From a virus (taxonomy: Duplodnaviria; Caudoviricetes), in IMG/VR virus record IMGVR_UViG_3300028886_000028, positions 256,001 to 320,000 of that record: a stretch of 64,000 nucleotides of DNA. One strand, 5' to 3'. Positions 36,864 to 47,756 of the stretch are shown here, in pieces (position 1 is the stretch's first letter; each line of letters opens with the position of its first letter). The notes beneath the pieces are model-generated. The model saw nothing but the letters and a program-made list of their open reading frames with translations, had not been told where the DNA came from and made no database searches. A program made the translations under genes and the position numbers.

Positions 36864-39119
36864 ATGACAGTAAAAAATTTAAAAGAATGCTTTTCTGAAT
36901 TTAACATTAAAACGAAAATAATGATTCCAGACAATAGGGAAATAACAAATCATGATATTGAAGAAGGAAAAATATTTCAAAAATTCGTTTTAAATGAAAA
37001 CATTCAAAGAATAGTAAGTGGTTTAGAAATACATGATAATAAAATTTGTTATTTTTATGTTGCATTTGATAGTATAGAAATTGAAACTGATGAACAATTC
37101 CCTCCATGCGGCGGGGAACAGGAAATTGCTGTATATGCATATTACTCAATACGTATGCGTGATACTGATGGTAATGACAGCGAATTTACTGTAGGCAGAA
37201 GTAAAATAAACGCTATTATAAAAATAGACAATAGTTTATTTTCTTATGAAAAGCCTAATCTTATTAACAAGCAAGCAAATAATACTGATGTAAATAATTA
37301 CGTTAAAGTTTATGCTTTATATTATTATAAAGGCAAAAAATACGAAGACACAAAGCAGATTGAACAAGGTTTAAATAAAGAGTCCTCTTGGTTAGTAGAA
37401 GAAGAACCTACGCAATTTATTTCAATGACTTTAAGCGAAAACGAGGTTTCTAATAAAGGTGGAATAGTAATTGCTAAAGTTGAAAGGCACTTCACAAGAA
37501 TATCTTATAAAAAAGATACATGCGGAAACAAAATAAAGCATAAATCAGAAAATGATTTAATTGAAGATATTACTAGAAAAAGTTTAATAACTATCTCAAA
37601 TAAAAAAAATTTTAGTATTAGTAAAAACATAATAACAGTAAATAAACAGTCTGCTGGAGCCGCAAAAAGAGAATGCACCATTACTGCTAGGTATATGGAT
37701 AAAACGTCTTCTGTTTTGTTGGTTCAAAAAGAAGGTGGAAAAATTACATATTCTCATGAATTAGAATTTGCAGATGGGTCAAAAATGTCTTTTATCGACT
37801 TAGAGACAAGCCTACCTACGGAAAGAAAAATATCTATAATATCGAAAAAAAATAAATATATAGATGGGGAGTTTGATTCTATAATCAATACAAATGAATT
37901 TAAAATAGAAAGCGATTCTGAGTGGGTATATGGCGAACAAAAAGAAGGCGATGATGGCATAAATATTTTTTTAAAAGTTATTGGCACAAATGAAGATAAA
38001 AATAACGATAGAGAAGCAACTTTAACAATAACTAGCACAATTGATACTAAAACATTTATCAAATTAATAGTTTATCAGCAATCTCTTGAAATTAAAAAAG
38101 AACAGTATTGTTGCTCTTTTGTAAGTGATGGAGAATATACACCTGAAGAAATTGATAATTCTGATTTATATTTCAGCCCTTATAAATTGCTTATTTACGA
38201 AGACGATAGCATAGAAAGAGTAAATATAGAAGATTATATGACTGTTAAATATGTAGAAACATCTAGTGATAGTAGTATTTTTAGCATCAATAAGTTAATT
38301 AAGAAAGGCGAGAATTATCATGTTAAATTTAACAATTTTGTATCATATAGTATAAAAGATATTACTTTTGCTGCTAAACTCATATTTTATGATGTTAACA
38401 ATGAAAAAATATTTGAAAGCAATAAAGCTAATATTATAGTTAAAAGCGGCCAAATAATAGACTATAACTATGAGTTATGCTTTAACAACCACAATAAATA
38501 TGAAGAAGTTTTTTGGGTAAATTCAACAGAACCTAAAATTATAAAGGTTAATTCATTGAAGCATAAAATGATTAATGGAAAATATTCTGATACGGAAAAT
38601 ATACCTTTCAAGGTTGGAATATACGATGAAAACGGAAACGAATTTTTTGATGACAATTTTTCAATAAAAATATCAGGCGATGAAATATTGGTTTTTCCAA
38701 TAAAAACTAATAAAAATTTGAATAATATATATACAATAACGCAAAAAGAAACTGGAGAAAAAATGTCATTCAAACTTTCTTATGAAATTATTGAAACTTC
38801 ATTTGAAATACCATTGAAAGTAATTGTATATAGTAATAAAATAGGTAAAGATGTGTGGACAGGAGAAAATGGCTATCTATTAATAGATGGAAATGAACAA
38901 ATTAAATTAAATCCTTGTTGGCTGTCGCCTAACATGAAAGATAATGTTGATACAGCATACAATGGAATAATTGAATTAAAAGAAGGCACTCATATATTTG
39001 AAACATTTAATGTTCTTTGCATAGAATATGGCAACAAAACGTATAAAGATTGTAATATTTACAATGAAATAACAGTTAATGAGTCAACAAAAAACATAAT
39101 CTTAAAAATAAAAGTGTAA
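36864..39119 (+). CDS. Large beta-rich protein, possibly virion-associated (BACON/Ig-like segment)
   Basis: SDSEWV...N....REATLTI...L.VYQ; preceded by TATTTAT. Confidence 0.65.
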   Translation: MTVKNLKECFSEFNIKTKIMIPDNREITNHDIEEGKIFQKFVLNENIQRIVSGLEIHDNKICYFYVAFDSIEIETDEQFPPCGGEQEIAVYAYYSIRMRDTDGNDSEFTVGRSKINAIIKIDNSLFSYEKPNLINKQANNTDVNNYVKVYALYYYKGKKYEDTKQIEQGLNKESSWLVEEEPTQFISMTLSENEVSNKGGIVIAKVERHFTRISYKKDTCGNKIKHKSENDLIEDITRKSLITISNKKNFSISKNIITVNKQSAGAAKRECTITARYMDKTSSVLLVQKEGGKITYSHELEFADGSKMSFIDLETSLPTERKISIISKKNKYIDGEFDSIINTNEFKIESDSEWVYGEQKEGDDGINIFLKVIGTNEDKNNDREATLTITSTIDTKTFIKLIVYQQSLEIKKEQYCCSFVSDGEYTPEEIDNSDLYFSPYKLLIYEDDSIERVNIEDYMTVKYVETSSDSSIFSINKLIKKGENYHVKFNNFVSYSIKDITFAAKLIFYDVNNEKIFESNKANIIVKSGQIIDYNYELCFNNHNKYEEVFWVNSTEPKIIKVNSLKHKMINGKYSDTENIPFKVGIYDENGNEFFDDNFSIKISGDEILVFPIKTNKNLNNIYTITQKETGEKMSFKLSYEIIETSFEIPLKVIVYSNKIGKDVWTGENGYLLIDGNEQIKLNPCWLSPNMKDNVDTAYNGIIELKEGTHIFETFNVLCIEYGNKTYKDCNIYNEITVNESTKNIILKIKV

Positions 39120-39242
39120 GGCGTTCTTTACAGAACGCTTTTTTTTTCACATTAAGCATTTTTAACTAAAAATATTTTTTTTATTTGATTTTTTTTTGTA
39201 TCTTTGCAGTTGAAAAAGGTGTACTTAACTGCAATATGTTAA

Positions 39243-39701
39243 ATGGTTACTATTAAAGAAGCGATAAAACGTTATAAACGTTTTTTAAAAGAAGTAGGCG
39301 CATATTCTTCAGCTAAAAAAATACATAAAAGTTCAGCGTTTAGATTCAACACTGATATTGAAAATCTTTTTTTAAAGTCCAAAAATGCCCCATTTTTATG
39401 GATGAGTAACGTAAATACTTTTTGCGTATGGTCTAATACAAAAGAAGGAATTAATTATTGGTGGAAAGTATCTTTAATGTGGCAAATGATTTGCATAATA
39501 GAAAATATCACTTTAACACAACTAAAAGGTACGAGTTATGATTGGACTAACGAAAAAAGATTTTATATAAACAAAGTAATTAATGAAGGTGAATGTATTT
39601 CATCAATTTATGAATCACTATTCAAATCCATAGAAGAACTTACAAATTTCAGAAAACAAGTTAATTACATACGTAAAAATTTTCTTCCTGATTATAAATA
39701 A
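39243..39701 (+). CDS. Hypothetical protein, FLKE/W.NT.EG..YW family
   Basis: RFLKEVG...WSNTKEGINYW. Confidence 0.7.
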   Translation: MVTIKEAIKRYKRFLKEVGAYSSAKKIHKSSAFRFNTDIENLFLKSKNAPFLWMSNVNTFCVWSNTKEGINYWWKVSLMWQMICIIENITLTQLKGTSYDWTNEKRFYINKVINEGECISSIYESLFKSIEELTNFRKQVNYIRKNFLPDYK

Positions 39702-39715
39702 AAAACAATAAATTT

Positions 39716-40294
39716 ATGAAAGTTAATAAAAAAGTTTTAATCGTTGTTGACGCGCAATACGATTTCATAAACGGTAGTCTTCCAGCCCCCGGTGCTAATG
39801 AAGCCATGACTAATTTGGCAGAATGGCTGAAAGAACACGCTAATGAATACAATTTCATATTTTTAACTGCTGACTGGCATCCTTTGACGCATTGTTCATT
39901 TGACAAAAATGGCGGGCAGTGGCCAGTTCACTGTGTTCAGCATACACACGGAGCAGCAATTTATCAGCCAATTATTGATTCGTTGGACGAGGCAAAAGTT
40001 GATTATGAAGTTCTTGTCAAAGGTGATGATGAAGCACATGAGGAATATTCAATATTTAACAATGTTATTAGTGGGTCGTTTTTAAAAATAATTGGTGAAG
40101 ATGTTAATATAACACAAGTAGACATTTGTGGGCTTGCCGGGGATATTTGCGTTTTGAACACTCTTCGTGATGCATTAAGAAATTTCCCAAATTCAAACTT
40201 TGTTGTTTTAAACGAATTTTCTCCTTCGTTGGATGGAGGTAAAGCGTTAAAAGAGTTTGTGGAATCCACTGAAAGAGCATCTTTTTCTTCTTGA
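39716..40294 (+). CDS. pncA: Nicotinamidase
   Basis: VDAQYDF..GSL, DWHP..H.SF, WPVHCVQ, GLAGDICV. Confidence 0.92.
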   Translation: MKVNKKVLIVVDAQYDFINGSLPAPGANEAMTNLAEWLKEHANEYNFIFLTADWHPLTHCSFDKNGGQWPVHCVQHTHGAAIYQPIIDSLDEAKVDYEVLVKGDDEAHEEYSIFNNVISGSFLKIIGEDVNITQVDICGLAGDICVLNTLRDALRNFPNSNFVVLNEFSPSLDGGKALKEFVESTERASFSS

Positions 40295-40316
40295 TTTTTT
40301 AATTCAAAATAAAGTT

Positions 40317-40730
40317 ATGGCTAAAAATTTTAAGAAAAATCAGCCTGTAGTTGCTACATTACCAACTGGTAGAGTAGTTGAGGGAGTTTATGTTGAGCCT
40401 TGGGGAGAAGATGGTCATTCTATATATGTAGATGAATACGAAGGAGAAAGGGGCGGAAAAGCAGTATATAATAAAGTTATGTACGGCGTTAAAGATGATT
40501 GTATTGAATCAATGAACTCTGTTTCTTCAGCGGTTTCTGATGCTCAATATAAAGCATGGTTAAAACGTGCAATGGTCTTAGAAGAAAGGATTAATGATGA
40601 CAAAAAATCTCTTTCTAAGTTAGAATCTGGAAGTAAAGAAGAGGAGAAACTTAAAAAGAAAATAGAAAGAAATCAATCCAAACTTGACCAGATAAATGAG
40701 AAAATTAGCGAATTCGAAGGAGAAGAATAA
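40317..40730 (+). CDS. Hypothetical protein, C-terminal coiled coil
   Basis: ORF from ATG 40317. Confidence 0.7.
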   Translation: MAKNFKKNQPVVATLPTGRVVEGVYVEPWGEDGHSIYVDEYEGERGGKAVYNKVMYGVKDDCIESMNSVSSAVSDAQYKAWLKRAMVLEERINDDKKSLSKLESGSKEEEKLKKKIERNQSKLDQINEKISEFEGEE

Positions 40731-40745
40731 AGTCATATTTGGTTT

Positions 40746-41192
40746 ATGATGAATAAAAGGTATCTTGATTTTAAAAAATTATGGCAAAACGAAATAAAAC
40801 GCAAATTTCTTCGTAGTTCTAAAGAAGCCGGTGTATATCCTACAATAAAAAAAACTTTAAGCCCAAATAAACAAATATTTAGGGATGATTTAATTTATTA
40901 TCTTTATGTTGACGTTATAAATGAATTAATTCGTTGCGAAAACAGAATAATAGATTACACAAACGGAGGTAGGCTATCTGTTAAAAGAAAATACAGCGTA
41001 GATACTGCTGTAAACTCTCCCAGGCATTTTTCACAAGTATTCGTTTTCAATATTCTTAGATTATCAAATATAACTGATGATAAATTTAAAGAAATATTTG
41101 AGGAAATGGATAAAAAAATATTTGAAGAGTGCCAAATCAAATCTTTTTTCAAAGAAAAAAAAGGCATAATAAAATTATTCTTTAAAAATTAA
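40746..41192 (+). CDS. Hypothetical protein
   Basis: 148-aa ORF. Confidence 0.65.
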   Translation: MMNKRYLDFKKLWQNEIKRKFLRSSKEAGVYPTIKKTLSPNKQIFRDDLIYYLYVDVINELIRCENRIIDYTNGGRLSVKRKYSVDTAVNSPRHFSQVFVFNILRLSNITDDKFKEIFEEMDKKIFEECQIKSFFKEKKGIIKLFFKN

Positions 41193-41198
41193 AAATAT

Positions 41199-42389
41199 AT
41201 GATAAAATCTATACTGGATACTGACCTGTACAAGTTTACTGTTTCTAACGCATATTTTCAACTTTACCCTAACGCAGAATGCACATTTACATTCAATGAT
41301 AGGAATAAAGAAAAATATGATGAAAAATTCCTAGAAATGCTCAATATAGAGTTTGCTAAACTATGCACACTCAAAATGTCAGAAGCAGAATTCGCATTTG
41401 TGGCTTCAATACGTTTTTTAGCAACAAATTATGTTGAGTGGCTAAAAGGATTTCAATTTGAGTTAGACAAGATTAAATTTGGCATTGATGAAAATGGTCA
41501 TTTGCACATTGAAGTTACTGACAAATGTTATAAGGCCACTCTGTACGAAGTTCCTATTTTAGCGATTGTCGCTGAATGCCGTAATAAGTGGCTCGGTGTC
41601 AAGCCAGACCTTTCTTTAATCTTGAAATTACTTGAGCGTAAAGTTAACATAGCAAATGAGAACCAAATGAAGTTTGCAGAATTTGGTACTCGTCGCCGTT
41701 TCAGCTACCTAGTTCAAGAAGAGGTGATAAAATACCTTAAAGAAAAGTGCCCTATTTATTGCGTAGGTACGTCTAACGTATATCTAGCAATGAAATACAA
41801 TATGATGCCAAGTGGTACGTTCCCTCACGAATGGGTTATGTTCCATGCTGGTATTGGCGGTTTTAAAACCGCAAACCTTTCTGCTTTAAATGATTGGATT
41901 AAAGTTTATGATGGAGACCTAGGCATTGCGCTAATAGATACATATACAACTGCATCATTTTTGCACACACTTACATTGAAGCAAGCAAAACTGCTCGATG
42001 GGTTCCGTCAAGATTCTGGAGACGAGTATAAGATTGGCAACATGATTATAGATAAGTTGAAAGAATTACGCATAGACCCTCTTACTAAAACTATTGTTTT
42101 CAGTAATGCCCTTGATTTTGATAAGGCATCTGACATATTGAAATACTTCAAAAACAGAATCAAAGTCAGCTTCGGTATTGGAACTAATCTTACTTGCGAT
42201 ATAGGTATTGAAGGCTATAAACCCGCAAATATAGTTATGAAAATGTCCAAATGTCGTTATAGCCCTCGTGATTTTTGGGAGTATGTGATAAAAATTTCTG
42301 ACGATTTGGGCAAGCATATGGGGCTTAAAGAATTGTTTGATATTGCAGTCCGTGAACTGCATCTTAGCGAATTAGGAGTTTCTATTTAG
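41199..42389 (+). CDS. pncB: Nicotinate phosphoribosyltransferase
   Basis: LDTDLYK, EFGTRRR, GTSNV, RQDSGD, FGIGTNL. Confidence 0.95.
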   Translation: MIKSILDTDLYKFTVSNAYFQLYPNAECTFTFNDRNKEKYDEKFLEMLNIEFAKLCTLKMSEAEFAFVASIRFLATNYVEWLKGFQFELDKIKFGIDENGHLHIEVTDKCYKATLYEVPILAIVAECRNKWLGVKPDLSLILKLLERKVNIANENQMKFAEFGTRRRFSYLVQEEVIKYLKEKCPIYCVGTSNVYLAMKYNMMPSGTFPHEWVMFHAGIGGFKTANLSALNDWIKVYDGDLGIALIDTYTTASFLHTLTLKQAKLLDGFRQDSGDEYKIGNMIIDKLKELRIDPLTKTIVFSNALDFDKASDILKYFKNRIKVSFGIGTNLTCDIGIEGYKPANIVMKMSKCRYSPRDFWEYVIKISDDLGKHMGLKELFDIAVRELHLSELGVSI

Positions 42390-42628
42390 CGAAAAGGGCA
42401 GAATTTTCTGCCCTTTAACTTTTTTTAACACAAAATATTTGTTTATATAAAAAAAAACCATTACCTTTGCACTATGAAAATAATAACAGTAGCATACATA
42501 GCAATAGCAAGCATAATTTTAGCCTTTTCTATGGCATATAAGCAAAATATTATGTGTTTCAAGTATGAGACAAGCAATTGCCATAAATGCGCCTATAAAC
42601 ATTAATTAATAACATAAAAAAAACAATC

Positions 42629-43333
42629 ATGGCAAGTATGAATAGTTACGAGGCAACCACGTATGTAGTAATTGGTGGCAAAAAAATGACAATTCAGGAG
42701 TATCGTAAATACAAAAAAGAAAAGGATGCTATTATCCAGAGTAAATTGTCAAAGAAAAAGCAACGTGAAATAAACAAAGCTAAGCGCGAAGCTAAGAAAA
42801 AGCGTGAAACTGAAATCACCATTCTTCCTACTATAGTTAAAAATATAGTGAAAAATGCAGGCCCAATCAAGAGCCTCGCCGCCTATTATGACAATGCATA
42901 TCGCCAGTGGGGAACAATAGCAACTATCATTCTCAAATCTCCTGAAATAGACGAGCCATTCCGTTTGTTCAGAGTAGATGCATACCAGATTGTTGACGCT
43001 ATTAAAGAAATATCTGAAGTGGCAAAAGGAAACGAAAAAGCCGTATTCCATTACGTTCAGAAATTGTCATGGAAACTTGATAACGTGAAAACAAAAATGA
43101 AGATATTATACAATGGTGTAATATCATCTGGCGCCCTTGACCAATTTAAGGATAAAGAATGCATTAACGGCGAAAGTAGGCGTCTGGGACTTAGAATATT
43201 AATGACCAGAACGTTTAAGAGCCTTGATAATATAGAAAATGCCATTAACGAACTCAATAAAATAGCAAAAGAAGGCCTTGGGGCATTTGAATACAGAACA
43301 GATAAACTAGAAAGAGCATATAGAACAATTTAA
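42629..43333 (+). CDS. Hypothetical protein
   Basis: 234-aa ORF. Confidence 0.75.
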   Translation: MASMNSYEATTYVVIGGKKMTIQEYRKYKKEKDAIIQSKLSKKKQREINKAKREAKKKRETEITILPTIVKNIVKNAGPIKSLAAYYDNAYRQWGTIATIILKSPEIDEPFRLFRVDAYQIVDAIKEISEVAKGNEKAVFHYVQKLSWKLDNVKTKMKILYNGVISSGALDQFKDKECINGESRRLGLRILMTRTFKSLDNIENAINELNKIAKEGLGAFEYRTDKLERAYRTI

Positions 43334-43349
43334 TAAATAAAATACTGTT

Positions 43350-43901
43350 ATGATTTTTAACAATAGAGAAAGACTTTTTGAAATAATATCAAAAGAATGT
43401 AACGATACCAAAGTTATATATGACGAAAATGGAGTTGTTATAATTAAAGTTGACTCATATAAAGACTGCCACAGGCTATTTTTTGATAGCAGCGTAAACT
43501 GGTGTATAGCCAACGATAAATCTCATTGGGATGGCTATGTTAATCATCCAGAACGTGAACAATATTTTATCATTGATTTCAATAAAATTTACAACGATTC
43601 TGTTCAAATTTGTGATAAAAATTCTCTTATTGGTGTCACTTTAAATAACGGAGAATTATATGCTGCCCATGATAGGCTCGACAATAACCTTTTATCTAGC
43701 AGCGAAAAAACATATTATGGTTATCATCCACTAGAAAAAATACTTAAAGAAAATCATACATATAAATTTGCAATAAAAAAGAAATTTGGCAGCACTAAAA
43801 GAAAGCCAATAGATTGGGGCGCAGTTTTTCTATACTTCATTACTTTTATAGTGCTTTTTGGAATACCATTTTTAATTTCTATATTGGTCAATAAACGTTA
43901 A
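43350..43901 (+). CDS. Stand-alone WCI-module protein with C-terminal TM helix
   Basis: VNWCIA...W..YV...QYFIIDFN...IGVT...AAHD. Confidence 0.75.
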   Translation: MIFNNRERLFEIISKECNDTKVIYDENGVVIIKVDSYKDCHRLFFDSSVNWCIANDKSHWDGYVNHPEREQYFIIDFNKIYNDSVQICDKNSLIGVTLNNGELYAAHDRLDNNLLSSSEKTYYGYHPLEKILKENHTYKFAIKKKFGSTKRKPIDWGAVFLYFITFIVLFGIPFLISILVNKR

Positions 43902-43990
43902 TATTTTTTAACATAAAAATTATCAAAAAATATTTTGTTTTCCAAATTATTTTTGTATATTTGCGACTGAAAATTTAAAACAAATTAATT

Positions 43991-44614
43991 ATGGGAATAT
44001 TTGGTAATACGTTGTCACGTCTCATTGACAATGGAGAGCGTCAAGCATTGTCACTATTGAGTGAGGCTCAGAGAGCCATCGACAACTTCGATTTTGACGC
44101 AACTATTGACTCAATTGTTGAAAGCAGTAAAAACGCTTTTGCTGATTTTAACGATGCTATGAAAGCAATCAAGGACACCGTTTCTGACCTTAAAGTTACA
44201 ATCCCTTTCAATGAAAAGAAAGAGAAGTATGAGTACTCTATCGAGGATGGAATTCTTAAAGTCGTTGTAAGAGGTAAAGGCACTGTCCGTGAAGCATCAA
44301 CTACTATCCCCAGTAATTGTATTCTTGACAAACTATCAGTTTTCGTAGATAAGAAGAATGGTAATCTTATCATTACTATTCCAAAGAACCTAGCCGAAGA
44401 CGAAAGCATTAAGAAAATTAAGAATACTGTGGTTTCAACAGCAAACAATACAGCTGGGTGGATTAAAGACGCTCTTAAAGAAAGAGCAAAGGCTGTAGCA
44501 GATTCTACTACTGCTCCAACATCTAAGCCTAAGTCTAACAATACTAACGGTAAGCCTCGTTCAAAAATGGTACGTGGCAAGGATGGTAAGTTCAGGTCTG
44601 TTAAGAAAGCCTAA
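43991..44614 (+). CDS. Hsp20/alpha-crystallin-like protein
   Basis: IEDGILKV...TIP...NGNLIITIPK. Confidence 0.6.
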   Translation: MGIFGNTLSRLIDNGERQALSLLSEAQRAIDNFDFDATIDSIVESSKNAFADFNDAMKAIKDTVSDLKVTIPFNEKKEKYEYSIEDGILKVVVRGKGTVREASTTIPSNCILDKLSVFVDKKNGNLIITIPKNLAEDESIKKIKNTVVSTANNTAGWIKDALKERAKAVADSTTAPTSKPKSNNTNGKPRSKMVRGKDGKFRSVKKA

Positions 44615-44638
44615 AAATTGGGAGTAATGCTCCCTAAT

Positions 44639-44730
44639 GACAGGGTGGCAGAATGGTGATGCACTAGTCTGCAAAACTAGTCAAAAGGTGGGTAATCCTG
44701 CCTATGCGGGTTCGAATCCCGTCCCTGTCT
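44639..44730 (+). tRNA. tRNA-Cys(GCA) with long variable arm
   Basis: CTAGT-CTGCAAA-ACTAG, U73, extra AGGTGGG-TAAT-CCTGCCT stem. Confidence 0.88.
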
Positions 44731-44771
44731 CTAAACAATCTATATGTTTTATTTTTTAATTTTAAGTAAAT

Positions 44772-45536
44772 ATGAAGAAATTTTTAGCAATTGCAATTGT
44801 TTTCGCTGCTTCTTTTGCAGCAGTATCTTGTGGCGATTATTCAGAAGATGATTTATTCGCCAACGAGTCAAAAACCACAATGGTGTCGTTTGACTACTCT
44901 TTTATGTCTGGCGGCATCGGTAACGTCACAAGGGCAGCAACATCTGACGATGAAGCCTATACTACGTTGTATAACAAAATTTTGTCAAAAGAACTAATAG
45001 CAGATAACTATACTATTACGCTTACTGATGTTTCTTCCAACAAGTCTTATACGTTCAGCGGTAACTGGAATGATAATAATTCTATCTTGGTTAAAACAGG
45101 TACATATAAGGTAACTGGAAAGAGTACAGCGTCTGGAGAATGCTTACAGAGTAAGTGCTCAATAAAATTTAACACACAAATTGAAATTAAGGCATCAACC
45201 TCATATATCACATTGCCGGCTGAATATGATTGTACGCTGTTGATTTTCGATAGGAGCGTTATCAAGAATGCCTTTGTCCTATATGGCATCAACAACTCCA
45301 AAGTATCTGAAAAGAACTTCTTTAATTGCGACAATTTGTATTATGGCTTTTCAACAAAGTTATACAATGAAAATGTTTCAGTAAACCAATTTCTTATTGT
45401 AGATTATTACGATGATTCTAGACAACATTTTTCAGCAGACAAATTTGAAATTGGTAAGTATTACTTGTTTAGTGGAAATAGTTCAGCTAGAAGCAGTTTC
45501 TCTTTACCCAAAATGGTAAAGGGGGATGTTCAATAA
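44772..45536 (+). CDS. Bacteroidota-type lipoprotein
   Basis: AAVSC lipobox, acidic patch, VTRA motif. Confidence 0.8.
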   Translation: MKKFLAIAIVFAASFAAVSCGDYSEDDLFANESKTTMVSFDYSFMSGGIGNVTRAATSDDEAYTTLYNKILSKELIADNYTITLTDVSSNKSYTFSGNWNDNNSILVKTGTYKVTGKSTASGECLQSKCSIKFNTQIEIKASTSYITLPAEYDCTLLIFDRSVIKNAFVLYGINNSKVSEKNFFNCDNLYYGFSTKLYNENVSVNQFLIVDYYDDSRQHFSADKFEIGKYYLFSGNSSARSSFSLPKMVKGDVQ

Positions 45537-45613
45537 GAATTGTTAATTGTTATTTGTATTATTACCTCGCATAGCCAAAACTATGCGAGGGTTTTATTAA
45601 TTTTAGATATATT

Positions 45614-46306
45614 ATGATTAAAATTTGTGCAATTTCTGATATGCATGGTAATTTAAACTTTGATATTAAACCATGCGACATATTGTGTATATGTGGTGAT
45701 ATTGTCCCATTAAATGTCCAGACTTTTCTTGAAGGGACACTTAGATGGATTTCAAAAAAATTCATACCTTGGTGCGAAAAACAACCTTGTGAAAAAATAT
45801 TTTTAATTGCGGGCAACCATGACTGGATTGCAATGAAACACCCTGATGATTGGGAGAAAATGTTTAATGATACTAAAATAACATATTTGCTTAATTCATC
45901 GGCAGAATATGTTAAAGAAACTGATGGAGAATATCAAGAAATAAGCATATATGGTACTCCTTGGTGTCACCAATTCTATAATTGGGCATTTATGACATCT
46001 GATGTTAATTTGGCAAAAATATATGAGTCAATACCATATAAAGTTGATGTGTTACTTACTCATGATGCCCCTCATGGAACTAGCGACGTAATTTTACAAG
46101 ACACTCCTTGGAGAACTGACGAACATATTGGTTGTATACCTCTTGGAGAAGCCGTAGATAATAAAAAGCCTAGACTTTTGCTGCATGGCCATTTGCATTC
46201 AACTAATCATTCACTGGAGAAAAGAGGCGATACTGATGTGTATAATGTTAGTATGGTGGATGAAAAGTATGATTTGGTATATGAACCTTTATATATAGAA
46301 ATTTAA
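45614..46306 (+). CDS. Metallophosphoesterase
   Basis: SDMHG, GD, AGNHD, THDAP, HGHLH. Confidence 0.92.
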   Translation: MIKICAISDMHGNLNFDIKPCDILCICGDIVPLNVQTFLEGTLRWISKKFIPWCEKQPCEKIFLIAGNHDWIAMKHPDDWEKMFNDTKITYLLNSSAEYVKETDGEYQEISIYGTPWCHQFYNWAFMTSDVNLAKIYESIPYKVDVLLTHDAPHGTSDVILQDTPWRTDEHIGCIPLGEAVDNKKPRLLLHGHLHSTNHSLEKRGDTDVYNVSMVDEKYDLVYEPLYIEI

Positions 46307-46384
46307 GTTTATTTAACATTATTTTTTTTGCTTTCATAAATATTTTGTGTATATTTGAAGCATAAAAGTATTAAACAGTTAAAT

Positions 46385-47065
46385 ATGAAAAAAAAGAAAG
46401 ATAACGTTGAAATTGAAGTTGTAGTATTCAACTATTTTGTTCGTGCTCTCAAATCAGACGGAAAATATATGATTTTTAGGCAAGGAGTTAATAATACTGG
46501 TATTATGAAATTCCTCGTTAAAAAAGCGCATACGCATGATAGTCCGTTTTCATCTTTAAGTACCACAAAAGAAATTGTTGAAACCCTTAGAAAGATAACA
46601 GATGATATGGCCAGGAATAATGGCAATTCAAATGGGGTGTACGGCATGGATAAATACGAGCATGTTACAATGACAATTAATCACTTGCTTCACTTTTTCT
46701 TAGAATCATACGGCTTGCCAATGGATAAATTGTGTTCGCTTGGAGAGGAAATATATAATTATAGCTGCCATAAGTTATTTGGCGATACAATGGAAGATTT
46801 GGAAACTCAAAAAGCAGAAAATATTAACAAAGTTAATAGTGAAGCAGAGCTGATGGCTAAATTGTTCCATAATTTTGTTAATGAACGGAATTCAGGCAAA
46901 ATTAGCAAAGACGTTACGTTTGATATGTATGCCAAAAAGCATCAAAATGAATTCATAAAACTAAATTTACCTACTGAGCACGATGATGTGGGCCATATTC
47001 TAGGAAGAGGCCCCGAAGATATAGAAGATTTCCGTCGTCCTCGTTGGCTCGATGATAATGAATAA
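46385..47065 (+). CDS. Hypothetical protein
   Basis: ORF from ATG after promoter. Confidence 0.7.
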   Translation: MKKKKDNVEIEVVVFNYFVRALKSDGKYMIFRQGVNNTGIMKFLVKKAHTHDSPFSSLSTTKEIVETLRKITDDMARNNGNSNGVYGMDKYEHVTMTINHLLHFFLESYGLPMDKLCSLGEEIYNYSCHKLFGDTMEDLETQKAENINKVNSEAELMAKLFHNFVNERNSGKISKDVTFDMYAKKHQNEFIKLNLPTEHDDVGHILGRGPEDIEDFRRPRWLDDNE

Positions 47066-47099
47066 AATATACTCATTTGATGTATAGAAATATAATATT

Positions 47100-47756
47100 A
47101 TGAGAAATTTTGGTTTAGTGCCAGTTGGCGATAATCCATCCACTGCACAAATAATAATTCCTGGCGCGGTTACAAGGCATAGTGTTGCTCCATTTGGGGC
47201 AACACAACTGCTTTTACCGTTTAAAGATGATAATAGCGCAAAAAATGAAAGTGAATATTGCAATTTGTGCGAACATTTTCTAAAAATAAAAAAAGGCTAT
47301 AAAACAACTTTCAATACAAGGTGTAAAGCAGATACCACAAGGCCAGGCGGCTCTGAAAGGGTTATTAAGTTAAACGTATACGAAGATGAAAAGGTTAAGA
47401 AACCATTTTGGTGTCCTTTAGTTAAATCTGCCATTGAAAAGCCATTAAACGATGGTATAAAAATTGGTGGAAGAACAGTTTATCCTGCAAGGGTTAATTC
47501 AGGATATACTGAAAGGGCTAACTTTGAAAGAAATTTAAGGGAAAAATGGCTATCAGCCCCAGGACTAATGTCTTGGAATGAAATAAAAATAGATAGTATT
47601 TATCATCTTCCTCCTACATTCAAAAAGCCTAGAATGACAATTGTAGTCAAAAAGAAATTCGCAAGTTCCATACACGCTGAAAATGTATTAACTAAAGATA
47701 ATGTTTGGCTATATAAAGATGACGAGGAATACAAATTTATGTCTCTAGTGAAATGA
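47100..47756 (+). CDS. Hypothetical protein (YHLPP family, N-terminal Cys cluster)
   Basis: CNLC...C...WCP; WNEI...IYHLPP. Confidence 0.7.
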   Translation: MRNFGLVPVGDNPSTAQIIIPGAVTRHSVAPFGATQLLLPFKDDNSAKNESEYCNLCEHFLKIKKGYKTTFNTRCKADTTRPGGSERVIKLNVYEDEKVKKPFWCPLVKSAIEKPLNDGIKIGGRTVYPARVNSGYTERANFERNLREKWLSAPGLMSWNEIKIDSIYHLPPTFKKPRMTIVVKKKFASSIHAENVLTKDNVWLYKDDEEYKFMSLVK

